Source: an uncultured Gemmatimonadales bacterium (lineage in GTDB: Bacteria; Gemmatimonadota; Gemmatimonadetes; Gemmatimonadales; Gemmatimonadaceae). From it: a DNA stretch of 64,000 nucleotides. A model generated the notes under the pieces. The model saw only the letters and a program-made list of their open reading frames with translations. It searched no databases and was not told the DNA's origin. Within the stretch, counting starts at the first letter, position 1. The number at the start of each line of letters is the position of its first letter. This document shows positions 1 to 10,326 of the stretch, piece by piece. A program made the position numbers and the translations under genes. Location: contig CAWBZV010000012.1 of NCBI GenBank assembly GCA_963793305.1, positions 96,001-160,000 on the forward strand, in the 5' to 3' direction.

Positions 1-393
1 CTATCGCAAGGTTCTTTCGACGTAGCGCTCGAACAGCTCGCTGAGCGCCAGCTGGGGCGAATGCGTGATGCCCTCGTGCACGGCCGAGCATTGGACGACG
101 TCGGAGCGCGGCGCCGTGATCCAGTGAAATCGCTCGGATGGCGGCGTCAAGGCAACTGGTCCGCTGGTCGGATCACCGGCGCAAATCGCCCGGGCAGAGT
201 CCAAGTACCGCGCGAGGAGCTCAACGTCAACATCCCCGACGCGCTCTCGCAATGCGTCGACATCAGTCAGCGCACGGAGCTCCAGGAATTCTTCGGTGCG
301 GGCGTGGAGAACTATTCCAACAGGAACGAACTCGCCGGTGTACGGATGCGGCACAACCCGCAAGACGGCGAAATTGTACGCGACCCAACTCAT
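1..393 (-). CDS. DUF3037 domain-containing protein
   Basis: 130-aa MSWVAYNFAVLRVVPHPYTGEFVPVGIVL...PSERFHWITAPRSDVVQCSAVHEG matches the DUF3037 pattern. Its ATG (391-393) overlaps the stop of the upstream kinase. Confidence 0.85.
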   Translation of the reverse strand: MSWVAYNFAVLRVVPHPYTGEFVPVGIVLHARTEEFLELRALTDVDALRERVGDVDVELLARYLDSARAICAGDPTSGPVALTPPSERFHWITAPRSDVVQCSAVHEGITHSPQLALSELFERYVERTLR

Positions 394-1188
394 CGCCGCG
401 CCTTCAATGGCTTTGGCGGGATACCAACGGTGGCCTCGCGCGCGCGATCGATCTCGGCCACGAACTCTCGTGGCGATTCGAGACGTCGCACGAGATAGTC
501 GCGATAGCGCGAGCGCGGATCCGATAGCAGGTCGTCGGGAACCTGCGACAGGATGCCATCGATGGTCGCCGGCGTGAGGCGGGCAACCGCATCTCGGTCG
601 GCGTCTGCCATCGCGCTTGGCGAGGTCCGGCTGAGCAGCACGTGGTGTTGAATCAAGGGGAACGGCGTGCGCGTGCGCGCGTCGTCGACCGACTCCCAGT
701 CGTGGTGCGCGTACAGCGCCGAGCCGTGGTCGATCAGATACGGGCTGCGCCGCCGAGATGAGCAGATTCGGATTGCGATGCGTGCGATCGGGATTGGTGA
801 GATACGCATCGAGCCACACGATCCGAGCCGCGAGCGCTGGGCTGATCAGATCGCCGGCTGCGGTCGCGTCGAAGTTGAACGCACCGTCCAGATACACGGC
901 CCCGACATTGAGCCCGTGGCTCTTCTGCAGGATGTCCTGAATCTCGGGATCCGGCTCGCTCCGCCCGAACGGCGGCGGGACATCGACCAGTGCCAACTCC
1001 GGCGTGGGGAGCCCGAGCGCGACCGCGGTGAGCCCGGTGATGAGCTCGGCCACGAGTGCGCGCGTTCCATGTCCCGCGCCGCGGAATTTCACGACGTAGA
1101 GCGCGCCGTCCTCGGTCTCGACGACGGCGGGAAGCGATCCGCCCTCGCGCAGCGGCTGGACGTAACGGGTGGCGGTCAGGATGCGCAC
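390..1188 (-). CDS. HipA-like (HipA_2 family) kinase; one frameshift near 755
   Basis: LREGGSLP, VVKFRGAG and NPDRTHRNPNLL lie in one frame; YLIDHGSAL and the C-terminus lie in ORF 390..809. Removing one base in ATCT(C)GG restores LIWRRSPYLIDHG. GTG start at 1188. Confidence 0.8.
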
Positions 1189-1205
1189 GGCGAATAGATT
1201 ATAGC

Positions 1206-2340
<1,135 letters not shown>

Positions 2341-2344
2341 TGGA

Positions 2345-2831
2345 CTACTGTGTCAGACTGACGTGGCAGCTCGAGAGGCCGCGCTTCTCGAGGTACCGTT
2401 GGTGGTACTCTTCCGCCGGGTGGAAGGGCACGGCCGGCACGATCTGCGTGACGATCGGCCGACGGAACTTGTGCTCGGCCTCGAGCGCATCGCGTGACGC
2501 GATCGCGGCCGCATGCTGCGCCTCGTTATGATAGAAAATCGCTGACCGATACTGCGTGCCGACGTTCCGGCCCCTGCCGGTTCAGCGTCGTCGGGTCGTG
2601 GTTCTCCCAGAAAATCTTCAGCAGGTCATCGTACGAGGCCTTGGCCGGGTCGTAGGTGACCTCGACTGCCTCGGCATGACCCGTCCGGTCGGTGCACACA
2701 TCCTCGTACGTCGGGCTCGTGGTCTTGCCGCCCGTATAGCCCACCTGGGTGGAGAGTACGCCCGGCAATTGCCGGAACATTGCCTCGACACCCCAAAAAC
2801 AGCCAGCGGCGAACGTCGCCGTTTCGCTCAC
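2345..2831 (-). CDS. msrA: peptide-methionine (S)-S-oxide reductase; frameshift near 2564
   Basis: [30 protein letters not shown], then after the frameshift [11 protein letters not shown]...[11 protein letters not shown] to a TAG at 2345. Confidence 0.92.
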
Positions 2832-2882
2832 GTTGTTCTCCGGTTATGCGTCCTGCTGAATTATAGCCGGGGCTAGCCGAAG

Positions 2883-3525
2883 CTAGCGTTTGGGCGGCGT
2901 GAAGATCGCCGTCATGATCCGCCGCCACAGATAGCCGCCCCAGAGACAGATGGGCATATAGATGACCCCCATCTGGACGAGCCCGAACACGAATCGCAGG
3001 CTCAGGATTTGGGCGACGGAGAACCCGCCGACCAGACGGATGCTCCCGTCGATGGTGAGAATCACCCCGAGCGCCAGCCCAAAGCGTTCGGGGCGCTTCA
3101 GCCGGACGATCGTGAAGACGAGAAATCCCACGCATGCGGCGTCGAGCGCCACGAGCAGAAGCCGCTGAAGAGCTGTCGGCGGCGCCGGCGCGGGCCAGGC
3201 GATCCAACTCCACGCCGCGAGCCCGGCGCCGCCGGCAATCGAAGCGAGCGCGAGCAGCCACGGAAACCACCACGCGCTGCCGCTTCCGCGGTTCCTCGAC
3301 GACCGGCGCCGATACCTGCCCGCTGGCCCGCCGAATCCACGCCGGCGCGAACACCATCGCGGCAATACCGAGCGCGGCCATGAGGGTCAGCAGTACCAGC
3401 GCCGGGACGGGGCCGAGCAGGTGCGTGCGCCACGCATGGTAGACGGCGTACCCATAGAGATCGAACACCAGGCACGCGCCGACGAACGTCGCCACCCGGC
3501 GGCCAAACGGGGTCACGGTTTCCAC
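2883..3525 (-). CDS. hypothetical multi-pass membrane protein; probable frameshift near 3280
   Basis: Hydrophobic helices in the N-terminal part of ORF 2626..3525 continue as hydrophobic helices in ORF 2883..3365. Confidence 0.5.
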
Positions 3526-3569
3526 CCCGTTATATTGAGTACTTTATAACTCAAACCACAGAGCTGCCC

Positions 3570-4115
3570 GTGCGTCCTGGATGCTGCCTCGCTTCCCTCG
3601 CCGTGATCGTCGCTCCCGTCACCATGCACGCGCAAGACCTGTTGCACACTTACCTGCGCGATGAGTTCAGCCCGTTCGCGATGGCCAGCGTCACCATCGG
3701 CGCCGGCGTGGGAACGTTGCAGCGCTCGCCCAGCTGGTGGGATCGCGACGAAGGCTTCGGCTATCGCCTCGGGACCAACTTTGCCGCCCATACGGCGGAC
3801 GTCACCGTACGCGATGGGCTCGCGGCCGTGATGCATCAGGATCCGAGTTACGTCCGGTGTGGCTGTCGGAATGTGTTTGCTCGCGCGGGTCATGCGGTCG
3901 TCTCGTCGTTCCTCGCCCGCAATGACAACGGAAATTACGTGCTCGGTGTTCCACAGATCGCCGGCGCCTACGCCGGGGGCTACACGAGCGCCGCGTTCTA
4001 CGGACACACGTACGCAGGGTGGCAGGGCGGACTCAAGCTGGGCACCGAGGCCATCGGCGAGCACGCCGGCTTTAACCTGGTGAAAGAGTTCGTCTTCCCG
4101 CTGTTCAAGAAGTAA
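3570..4115 (+). CDS. hypothetical exported/membrane protein
   Basis: Signal-like N-terminus (AVIVAPVTMHAQD), HQDPSYVRCGC, C-terminal GFNLVKEF; coding-like composition. Confidence 0.6.
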   Translation: MRPGCCLASLAVIVAPVTMHAQDLLHTYLRDEFSPFAMASVTIGAGVGTLQRSPSWWDRDEGFGYRLGTNFAAHTADVTVRDGLAAVMHQDPSYVRCGCRNVFARAGHAVVSSFLARNDNGNYVLGVPQIAGAYAGGYTSAAFYGHTYAGWQGGLKLGTEAIGEHAGFNLVKEFVFPLFKK

Positions 4116-5487
4116 ACCGGAAGAACCGCTCGAAGACGCTCTTGGCGCCCGGCGTAAGCCGCTGCCGGCGCCAGGCGTCAGCCGCCTTCCGGAAGACCTC
4201 GGCCTGCGTCGGGTACGGGTGAACGGTCTTGCCGATCCCGCCGAGGCCGACCCGGTTCGTCATGGCGAGCGTGATCTCGCCGATCGACTCGCCGGCGTGC
4301 TCGGACACGAGCGTCGCACCGACGATACGGTCCGTCCCACGCCGGACGTGCACCCGCGCGAATCCCTCGGTCGCGTCGTCGATCACGGCCCGATCCACGG
4401 AGGCCATCGGCACCGTCACGGTGTCGATCGCCAGGCCCTTCTGCCGCGCCGTGGCGGCGGTTTCTCCAACGTGCGCGAGCTCGGGCGTCGTGTAGGTGCA
4501 CCACGGGATGATGCCGCGGCTCACCCGGCCCCCGCCGACGCCGAAGAAGAGAGCGTTGGGCACGACGAGGCGGGCTTGCCAGTCGGAGTTATGCGTGAAC
4601 TTGAGCGCCGACGAGACATCGCCGACCGCGTACACGTTCGGGTTCGTGGTTCGCAGCCAATCGTCGACGACGACACCGGTCAGCGCATGATATCGCACCC
4701 CGGCCACGTCGAGCCCGAAGCCTTCGACGTTCGGCGCTCGCCCGGCCGCGATCAATATCGCGTCGGTTTCAATTCGTACCTCGCCCGCGAGCTCGGCACC
4801 GATCGGCGCGACATATAAGGCCCCTCGCTCGGCGCGCACCGGCGTGACGCCGTACATGAACCGCACGCCGTCTCTCCGCATCGCGTCGGCCACGATCGCT
4901 GCGGCATCCGGATCATCCCGCGGCAAAATACGAGGCGCGAGATCGACGACGGTCACCTGCGTGCCGAATCGCGCGAAGACTTGCCCGAGCTCGCACCCGA
5001 TCGGTCCGGCGCCGACGATCACCAATCGATCCGGCTGCGTCGTCAGGTCGAATACGGTCTCGTTGGTGAGATAGCCGGACGCCTCCAGACCCACGATCGG
5101 CGGCACTGCCGCTCGCGCACCGGTCGCGATCACCGCTTTCGCGAACCGGAGCGTCGTGTCACCGACTTCAATGGTGTCGCGAGAGGTAAACCGTGCCGTG
5201 CCGTGGTAGACATCGACGCCGAGCGAGGTAAATCGCTCGGGGCTGTCGTTGACACTCAGCTTGGCACGGACCGCCCGCATCGCCTCCATCGCGGCCGGAA
5301 AGGCTCTGTGTGATCGCGCGGCATGGATCAACGATTTCGAGGGCACGCACCCGACATTCAGACAATCGCCGCCCATGCGATCGCGCTCGATCAGCGCCAC
5401 GCGCGCGCCCAGCCCCGCGGCGATCGCCGACGTGACGAGGCCGCCGCTGCCGGCGCCGATCACCACGAGATGATATCTAGATGACAT
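4105..5487 (-). CDS. FAD-dependent pyridine nucleotide-disulfide oxidoreductase (mercuric reductase/Lpd-like)
   Basis: VIGAGSGG, GGDCLNVGCVPSK, IVGAGPIGCE, YAVGD, HPYPTQAE. No C-terminal Cys-Cys. Confidence 0.88.
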   Translation of the reverse strand: MSSRYHLVVIGAGSGGLVTSAIAAGLGARVALIERDRMGGDCLNVGCVPSKSLIHAARSHRAFPAAMEAMRAVRAKLSVNDSPERFTSLGVDVYHGTARFTSRDTIEVGDTTLRFAKAVIATGARAAVPPIVGLEASGYLTNETVFDLTTQPDRLVIVGAGPIGCELGQVFARFGTQVTVVDLAPRILPRDDPDAAAIVADAMRRDGVRFMYGVTPVRAERGALYVAPIGAELAGEVRIETDAILIAAGRAPNVEGFGLDVAGVRYHALTGVVVDDWLRTTNPNVYAVGDVSSALKFTHNSDWQARLVVPNALFFGVGGGRVSRGIIPWCTYTTPELAHVGETAATARQKGLAIDTVTVPMASVDRAVIDDATEGFARVHVRRGTDRIVGATLVSEHAGESIGEITLAMTNRVGLGGIGKTVHPYPTQAEVFRKAADAWRRQRLTPGAKSVFERFFRFTS

Positions 5488-6145
5488 GGGCGAGCGCGCG
5501 GCGGGCAGCCCGCGTGATGAGCACCGTGACCGCGATCGTCGCGATCAGCCCGAGACTCAAGAACGCGATACTCGCCGGCCCACCGCGCGGCCGCGCGCCG
5601 CCGACGAGCGCGGCCACGTCGCCGCCGACCTTCCCATAGTACACGTAGAGCAACGTACCCGGAATGATGCCGATCATACCGAGTAAATAGTCGGCGAGCC
5701 GCACGTGCGTGAGGCCCAGCGCGTAGTTCAAGAGCGAGAACGGAAACACGGGCGACAGCCGGAGCAACGTGACGATCTTGAGCCCGTCGGCGCCGACGGC
5801 GCGATCGATCGCCGCGAACCGCGCGTTGTCCGCGAGACGACGCTCGACGAGTCCCCGCGCCGCGTAGCGCGCTATCAGAAACGACAGCGCGGCTCCGATC
5901 GAGGCACCGATCAGCGTGTAGATCGTCCCCCAGACGATCCCAAAGATCGCGCCCGCGGCCAGCGTGAGCAGCGAGGCCGGCACGAGGGCGATGCAGGCGA
6001 CGGCGTAGCCGGCGACGAAGGCGATCGGGCCCGCCGCGCCAAGCCGGTTCACCTGCTGGACGAATGGCGCGACACTGGCGCCGAGGAAGCGGCCGCCGAC
6101 GACCAAGGCGACGACCAGGAGGACGATGGCGATGCCGCGTTTCAT
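5477..6145 (-). CDS. TVP38/TMEM64 (VTT/SNARE-associated) membrane protein
   Basis: PASLLTLAAGAIFG, LLRLSPVFPFSLLNYALG, GIIPGTLLYVYYG; start MKRGIAIV at 6145. Confidence 0.88.
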   Translation of the reverse strand: MKRGIAIVLLVVALVVGGRFLGASVAPFVQQVNRLGAAGPIAFVAGYAVACIALVPASLLTLAAGAIFGIVWGTIYTLIGASIGAALSFLIARYAARGLVERRLADNARFAAIDRAVGADGLKIVTLLRLSPVFPFSLLNYALGLTHVRLADYLLGMIGIIPGTLLYVYYGKVGGDVAALVGGARPRGGPASIAFLSLGLIATIAVTVLITRAARRALAHVI

Positions 6146-6154
6146 ATTTAGAGT

Positions 6155-6583
6155 ATGAAAATTGGCCTGATAGCGTTGGTCGTGCTCGCGACCCTGCGTC
6201 TCCCTGAGACGGTCACCGTCTACAAGAGCCCGACCTGCCATTGTTGTTCCCAGTGGGTCGACCGCATGCGCACGGCGGGGTTCACGGTCGAGACGATTGA
6301 TGTCGACAACCCCGGCGCGCTGCAGACCATCAAGCGCGATCACGGCATCACGCCACAGCTCGGATCGTGCCATACGGCTGTCGTCGGCGGGTATGTCATC
6401 GAAGGACACGTCCCGCCGGAGCTCGTGAAGCGGCTTCTACACGATCACCCGGCAGGCGTCACGGGTCTGGCCGTTCCCGGTATGCCCAGCGGCTCGCCTG
6501 GAATGGAAATGGGTGGCCAAGTGGACCACTACGACGTGCTAGCGATCCGTTCCGGCGGTACGACGGTCTACGAGCATCGTTAG
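6155..6583 (+). CDS. DUF411 domain metal-binding exported protein
   Basis: VYKSPTCHCCSQWV, SCHTAVVGGYVIEGHVP, GLAVPGMPSGSPGME. Confidence 0.9.
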   Translation: MKIGLIALVVLATLRLPETVTVYKSPTCHCCSQWVDRMRTAGFTVETIDVDNPGALQTIKRDHGITPQLGSCHTAVVGGYVIEGHVPPELVKRLLHDHPAGVTGLAVPGMPSGSPGMEMGGQVDHYDVLAIRSGGTTVYEHR

Positions 6584-9255
6584 TCCGCGCGAATTGCTTC
6601 CAGCGGCGCCACGCGCGAGGCGCGCATCGCGGGCACGAACGCGGCCAACGCGGCGCTGACGCTGAGCACGACGGTCGCGAGACCGATCGATGGCGGATCG
6701 AAGAAGCTGATGCCGAAGAGTTGCCCGCGCATGAGTCGCGTGGCGGCGAGCGCAACGGGTAGCCCGATCACCATCCCGAATCCAGTCAGCAAGATGGCCT
6801 CGCGCAGCACCATGCGCTCGACCGCACTCGGCAAGGCGCCGAGGGCCATGCGCAGGCCGAACTCGCCGGTCCGCCGAGCGGTCGCGTAGGCCATCACCCC
6901 GTACAGCCCGAGGGCGGCGAGGATCAGCGTGAGGATCCCGAAGGCCGAGACGAGCGTCGCGACTAACCGATCCTTGGCGATCGAATCGCGAATGAGCTCG
7001 GTCAATGGATCGACGCTGTAGATCGCCAACGACGGATCGGCGGCGAGCAACGTCTGGCGCACCGGCAGCACGAGCCGCGCGGGATCCCCGGCCACGCGGA
7101 TCTCGAGTTTGAACCCGGTCGGGGCGGTCTTCTGCTGCACCATCGGCTCGTAGACGCGCCGCACCGGTGGCTCCCGCACGCCAGTCTGCTGGATATCGCT
7201 GACGATGCCGACGATCTCCCATGACGCGCTGTCCATCTGGATATGCCGTCCGATGGCCTCGCCATTCGGGAAGAAGTACCGCGCCGCCGTCTCGTTGACG
7301 ACTGCGACCTTTGGCGCGGTCTCGTTGTCGCGCGCCTCGATATCGCGCCCTTGCAGGATGTGCGCGCCGGTCGACCGGAAATAGTCGGCGCCGACCACGT
7401 CGGACGCGACAAGCGTGTCGCTATCGGCCCGCGCCGTGAACCCTTCCGCCTGCAGCGTCGATCCCGATTCCGTGCCGCTGAAGATCCCGTTCTCCGACGA
7501 GGAGACGGCGAGCACGCCCGGGATCTGCTTGACCCGTTCGGTGAGATCGCGGACCAAGGCGATGAGCCGCGGACCCTGAAAGCCGCTGCGCTCCGCATCG
7601 ATCTCGGCGAGCACGAGGTGGTCTCTCGCCACGCCGATGTCCGCGTTCGCCAGCGCCATCGTGCTGCGAGACAGCATGCCGGCGCCGACGAGCAGCAGCA
7701 TCGACAGCGCCACTTGCGCGATGACCAGCCACTTGCCGATGGCCAGCTTCCCGGATCCCGCGATGCCGCGTCCCTGCGTGCGGAGCGCCGACGCGACGTT
7801 GAGTCCCGTCGCTCGGAGCGCGGGAATGAGACCGAACAGGATCGCGGTCAGGAGCGACAACCCGACCGTGAACGCGAGGACGCGGCCATCGATGCGGACC
7901 GCTAGGGACAAGCCGCCGCCCACGACGCGGAGCAACGCCGCGCTGCCGGTCAGTGCCGCGATCAGGCCCAACGCGGAGCCGGCCACGGCGAGTATGACGC
8001 TCTCCGTGAGCAGCTGTTGCAAGAGGCGCCCGCGTCCGGCGCCGAGGGCGATGCGGACGCTGATCTCGCGGGCGCGGCCGGCGGCGCGGGCCAACAGCAG
8101 GTTGGCGATGTTGGCGCAGACGACGAGGAGGACGAGACCGACGGCCACCATCAGCGTGAGCAGGGCTTGGGCGTACGCGCTTCGATAGTACGAGAATCCC
8201 ATGGCGCCCGATTCGACCGGCACCGCGTGCTGGCCGAGGTTGCGCTCGACTCCGCCGCGATCGTCAGCCGTCGCGTTGTCGAGGAGCGATGTCTTGGCGA
8301 GCGCCTGGATCTCGGTGCGGGCTTGGGCGAGCGTCGCGCTGGGCGCGAGGCGGCCCATGATGAGCAGCCAGGAGATCGTGCGATCCTTGAGCCATTCGGT
8401 GTGGGCGACGACGATCGGGTGCATCTTCATCGGGATCCAGATATCCGTCGGCTGGCCGATCGCGTCACCGGCGAAATCGGATTGCGCGACGCCGATGATC
8501 GTGAGCGGTATGCCGTTGACCGTAATGGTGCGCCCAAGGACGTCGCGCGAGCCTCCGAATCGGCGGTGCCAGTATCCGTCGCTGATCACCACGGCGGGGT
8601 CATCTTCATTCGTGAACACCCGACCCGCGGCCGCGGTCACCTGGAGCACCGTAAAGAAGTTGCCGGTTACGAACCGACCGCGCGGGTGATCCGGCTCGGC
8701 GCCCTTCTCGACGAGCACATCCAGTCGCCCGCTGCGACCCGAGGCGTAAGCGCTCGATAAGACGTGATTCTGGTCGCGCAGATCCACGTACAGCGGGTAC
8801 GAGAACACATCCACCCGCGGTGTGCCTGTTGAGACGCCCTGCGTTCGGCTCGGATTGCCGATCGCGACGAGTTGCTCCGGGTGCGGGACCGGGAGCGGCC
8901 GCAGCATCAAGGCGTCGATCAGCGAGAAGATCGACGTGTTGGCACCGATCCCCAGCCCTAAGATCAGCAGGACGACGGCCGTGAAGCCGGCATTGTGCGC
9001 GAGCGTGCGCAGCGCGTAGGTCGCGTCCTGCCTGATGTTGCTCAGGACGTCGGCACGCTTGCGGTCTTGATCGATCGTCAGCATTTCCGTGCGCACGGCT
9101 CGTATGTCTCCGAATTGTGCCATCGCGCGGGCGTGAGCGTCATCCGGGCTCACGCCGGCCGCAATGAGTTTTTTTTCTCGTTCGGCGATGTGAAACGCGA
9201 TCTCTTCGTCGACGTCCCGTTCGGCGTGGGTGAGACGGAACGGGCGGCGGGTCAT
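6580..9255 (-). CDS. ADOP-family duplicated ABC permease (MacB/FtsX-like x2)
   Basis: DVDEEIAFH N-terminus, LGLGIGANTSIFS, CANIANLLLARA...REISVRIALGAGR, second repeat RTGEFGLRMALGA, RASRVAPLEAIR. ATGA overlap with the padR stop. Confidence 0.9.
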   Translation of the reverse strand: MTRRPFRLTHAERDVDEEIAFHIAEREKKLIAAGVSPDDAHARAMAQFGDIRAVRTEMLTIDQDRKRADVLSNIRQDATYALRTLAHNAGFTAVVLLILGLGIGANTSIFSLIDALMLRPLPVPHPEQLVAIGNPSRTQGVSTGTPRVDVFSYPLYVDLRDQNHVLSSAYASGRSGRLDVLVEKGAEPDHPRGRFVTGNFFTVLQVTAAAGRVFTNEDDPAVVISDGYWHRRFGGSRDVLGRTITVNGIPLTIIGVAQSDFAGDAIGQPTDIWIPMKMHPIVVAHTEWLKDRTISWLLIMGRLAPSATLAQARTEIQALAKTSLLDNATADDRGGVERNLGQHAVPVESGAMGFSYYRSAYAQALLTLMVAVGLVLLVVCANIANLLLARAAGRAREISVRIALGAGRGRLLQQLLTESVILAVAGSALGLIAALTGSAALLRVVGGGLSLAVRIDGRVLAFTVGLSLLTAILFGLIPALRATGLNVASALRTQGRGIAGSGKLAIGKWLVIAQVALSMLLLVGAGMLSRSTMALANADIGVARDHLVLAEIDAERSGFQGPRLIALVRDLTERVKQIPGVLAVSSSENGIFSGTESGSTLQAEGFTARADSDTLVASDVVGADYFRSTGAHILQGRDIEARDNETAPKVAVVNETAARYFFPNGEAIGRHIQMDSASWEIVGIVSDIQQTGVREPPVRRVYEPMVQQKTAPTGFKLEIRVAGDPARLVLPVRQTLLAADPSLAIYSVDPLTELIRDSIAKDRLVATLVSAFGILTLILAALGLYGVMAYATARRTGEFGLRMALGALPSAVERMVLREAILLTGFGMVIGLPVALAATRLMRGQLFGISFFDPPSIGLATVVLSVSAALAAFVPAMRASRVAPLEAIRAD

Positions 9256-9599
9256 GCGGGCAACGGAGCCGTGGCGCGCAGTGCCCGGCTCGCGGCCTCC
9301 ACGAACTCGTGCCACGCCGAGGTGCCCGCGACGAGCCGTTGGCGGCCGGCGGGGCTCAGGCGATAGAACTTCGCGTGGCGATTGTTATCTGAGAGACCCC
9401 AGTCGGCGTCCACGAGCCGCTGGCGCTCGAGGCGATGCAACGCCGGGTAGAGCGTGCCCTCCCCCACGAGCAGCGCGGCACTGGTGGCGGACTCGATCCA
9501 CTCCGCGACCGCATATCCATGCCGCGGGCCCCAGCTCAGGGCCTTCAGTATCAGAAGATCCAGCGTCCCGCGCGTGAGACTGACGTCGAGATCACCCAT
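9252..9599 (-). CDS. PadR family transcriptional regulator (acidobacterial type)
   Basis: RGTLDLLILKAL, HGYAV, EGTLYPALHRLE, WGLSDNNRHAKFYRL. Confidence 0.92.
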   Translation of the reverse strand: MGDLDVSLTRGTLDLLILKALSWGPRHGYAVAEWIESATSAALLVGEGTLYPALHRLERQRLVDADWGLSDNNRHAKFYRLSPAGRQRLVAGTSAWHEFVEAASRALRATAPLPA

Positions 9600-9679
9600 G
9601 CGCCGACGTTAAAGCGATCACCCATCGGCACGCAAGGGGTCAGGTACTACTAGGACATACGCAGTCGCGTCGAGTGCCG

Positions 9680-10217
9680 TCAGTACCCGCCGCCCGTGAA
9701 GACGGCCGTCTCGCCGCAGGCGCCACGGGTAGAGGCACGCGAGTCGCCGTGGCTCTGCCGGACGATGACGCCGCGCTCATCGTACTTGAGCGGGAACGAA
9801 TGCGCGTCGTACACCATGGTCGCCGCGGCCGTCCGATACCCGACGGCGAGGTCACCGAGCGGGTGTGGGACGCCACCGGCGGGCACGTCGGTCCGCTCGA
9901 CGGTGGTGAACTGCCGGTCGAATGCGCCACCGTGCTCGGTCTGACCGGGACTGTTCACGTACATACGTGAGGGATCGAACGCGAAGTCCTCGTTCGTGAG
10001 CACCGAGTCGATCCGGGCGACGACGAAGATCATGCCGGGACCGTTGTCCTCGGCGGCATACCCCGACGTCGTGCGCAAACGCCGAACAGACGCCAAGGGG
10101 TGTGTAGAAAATGGCGACGCGGGCGGGCGTCACTGCCTCGCTCTCGCGTGTGCCCGCGGACGCGCAGCCGACCAAGGCTGCGATGAGGGCGGCTTCTCCC
10201 CATCGTAACGATCGCAT
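9680..10217 (-). CDS. hypothetical lipoprotein; probable frameshift near 10075
   Basis: Lipobox-like AALVGC in ORF 9852..10223; protein-like sequence continues in ORF 9680..10096. Confidence 0.4.
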
Positions 10218-10326
10218 GGCCACATGATGGGCAAAACTCGCGTGTAACGGTAGTGTTACACAGTGCGAGACTATGACGTACCAGGCGGATCAGTAAAGCA
10301 TTCACTGGCGAATTATATTGATACCA

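Noticed and set aside
4105..5487. merA mercury resistance
   Set aside because: No C-terminal Cys pair and no merR/merT/merP
10218..10326. Fluoride riboswitch upstream of ClC
   Set aside because: No recognisable crcB consensus, the gene looks leaderless, and the ClC lacks CLC-F motifs
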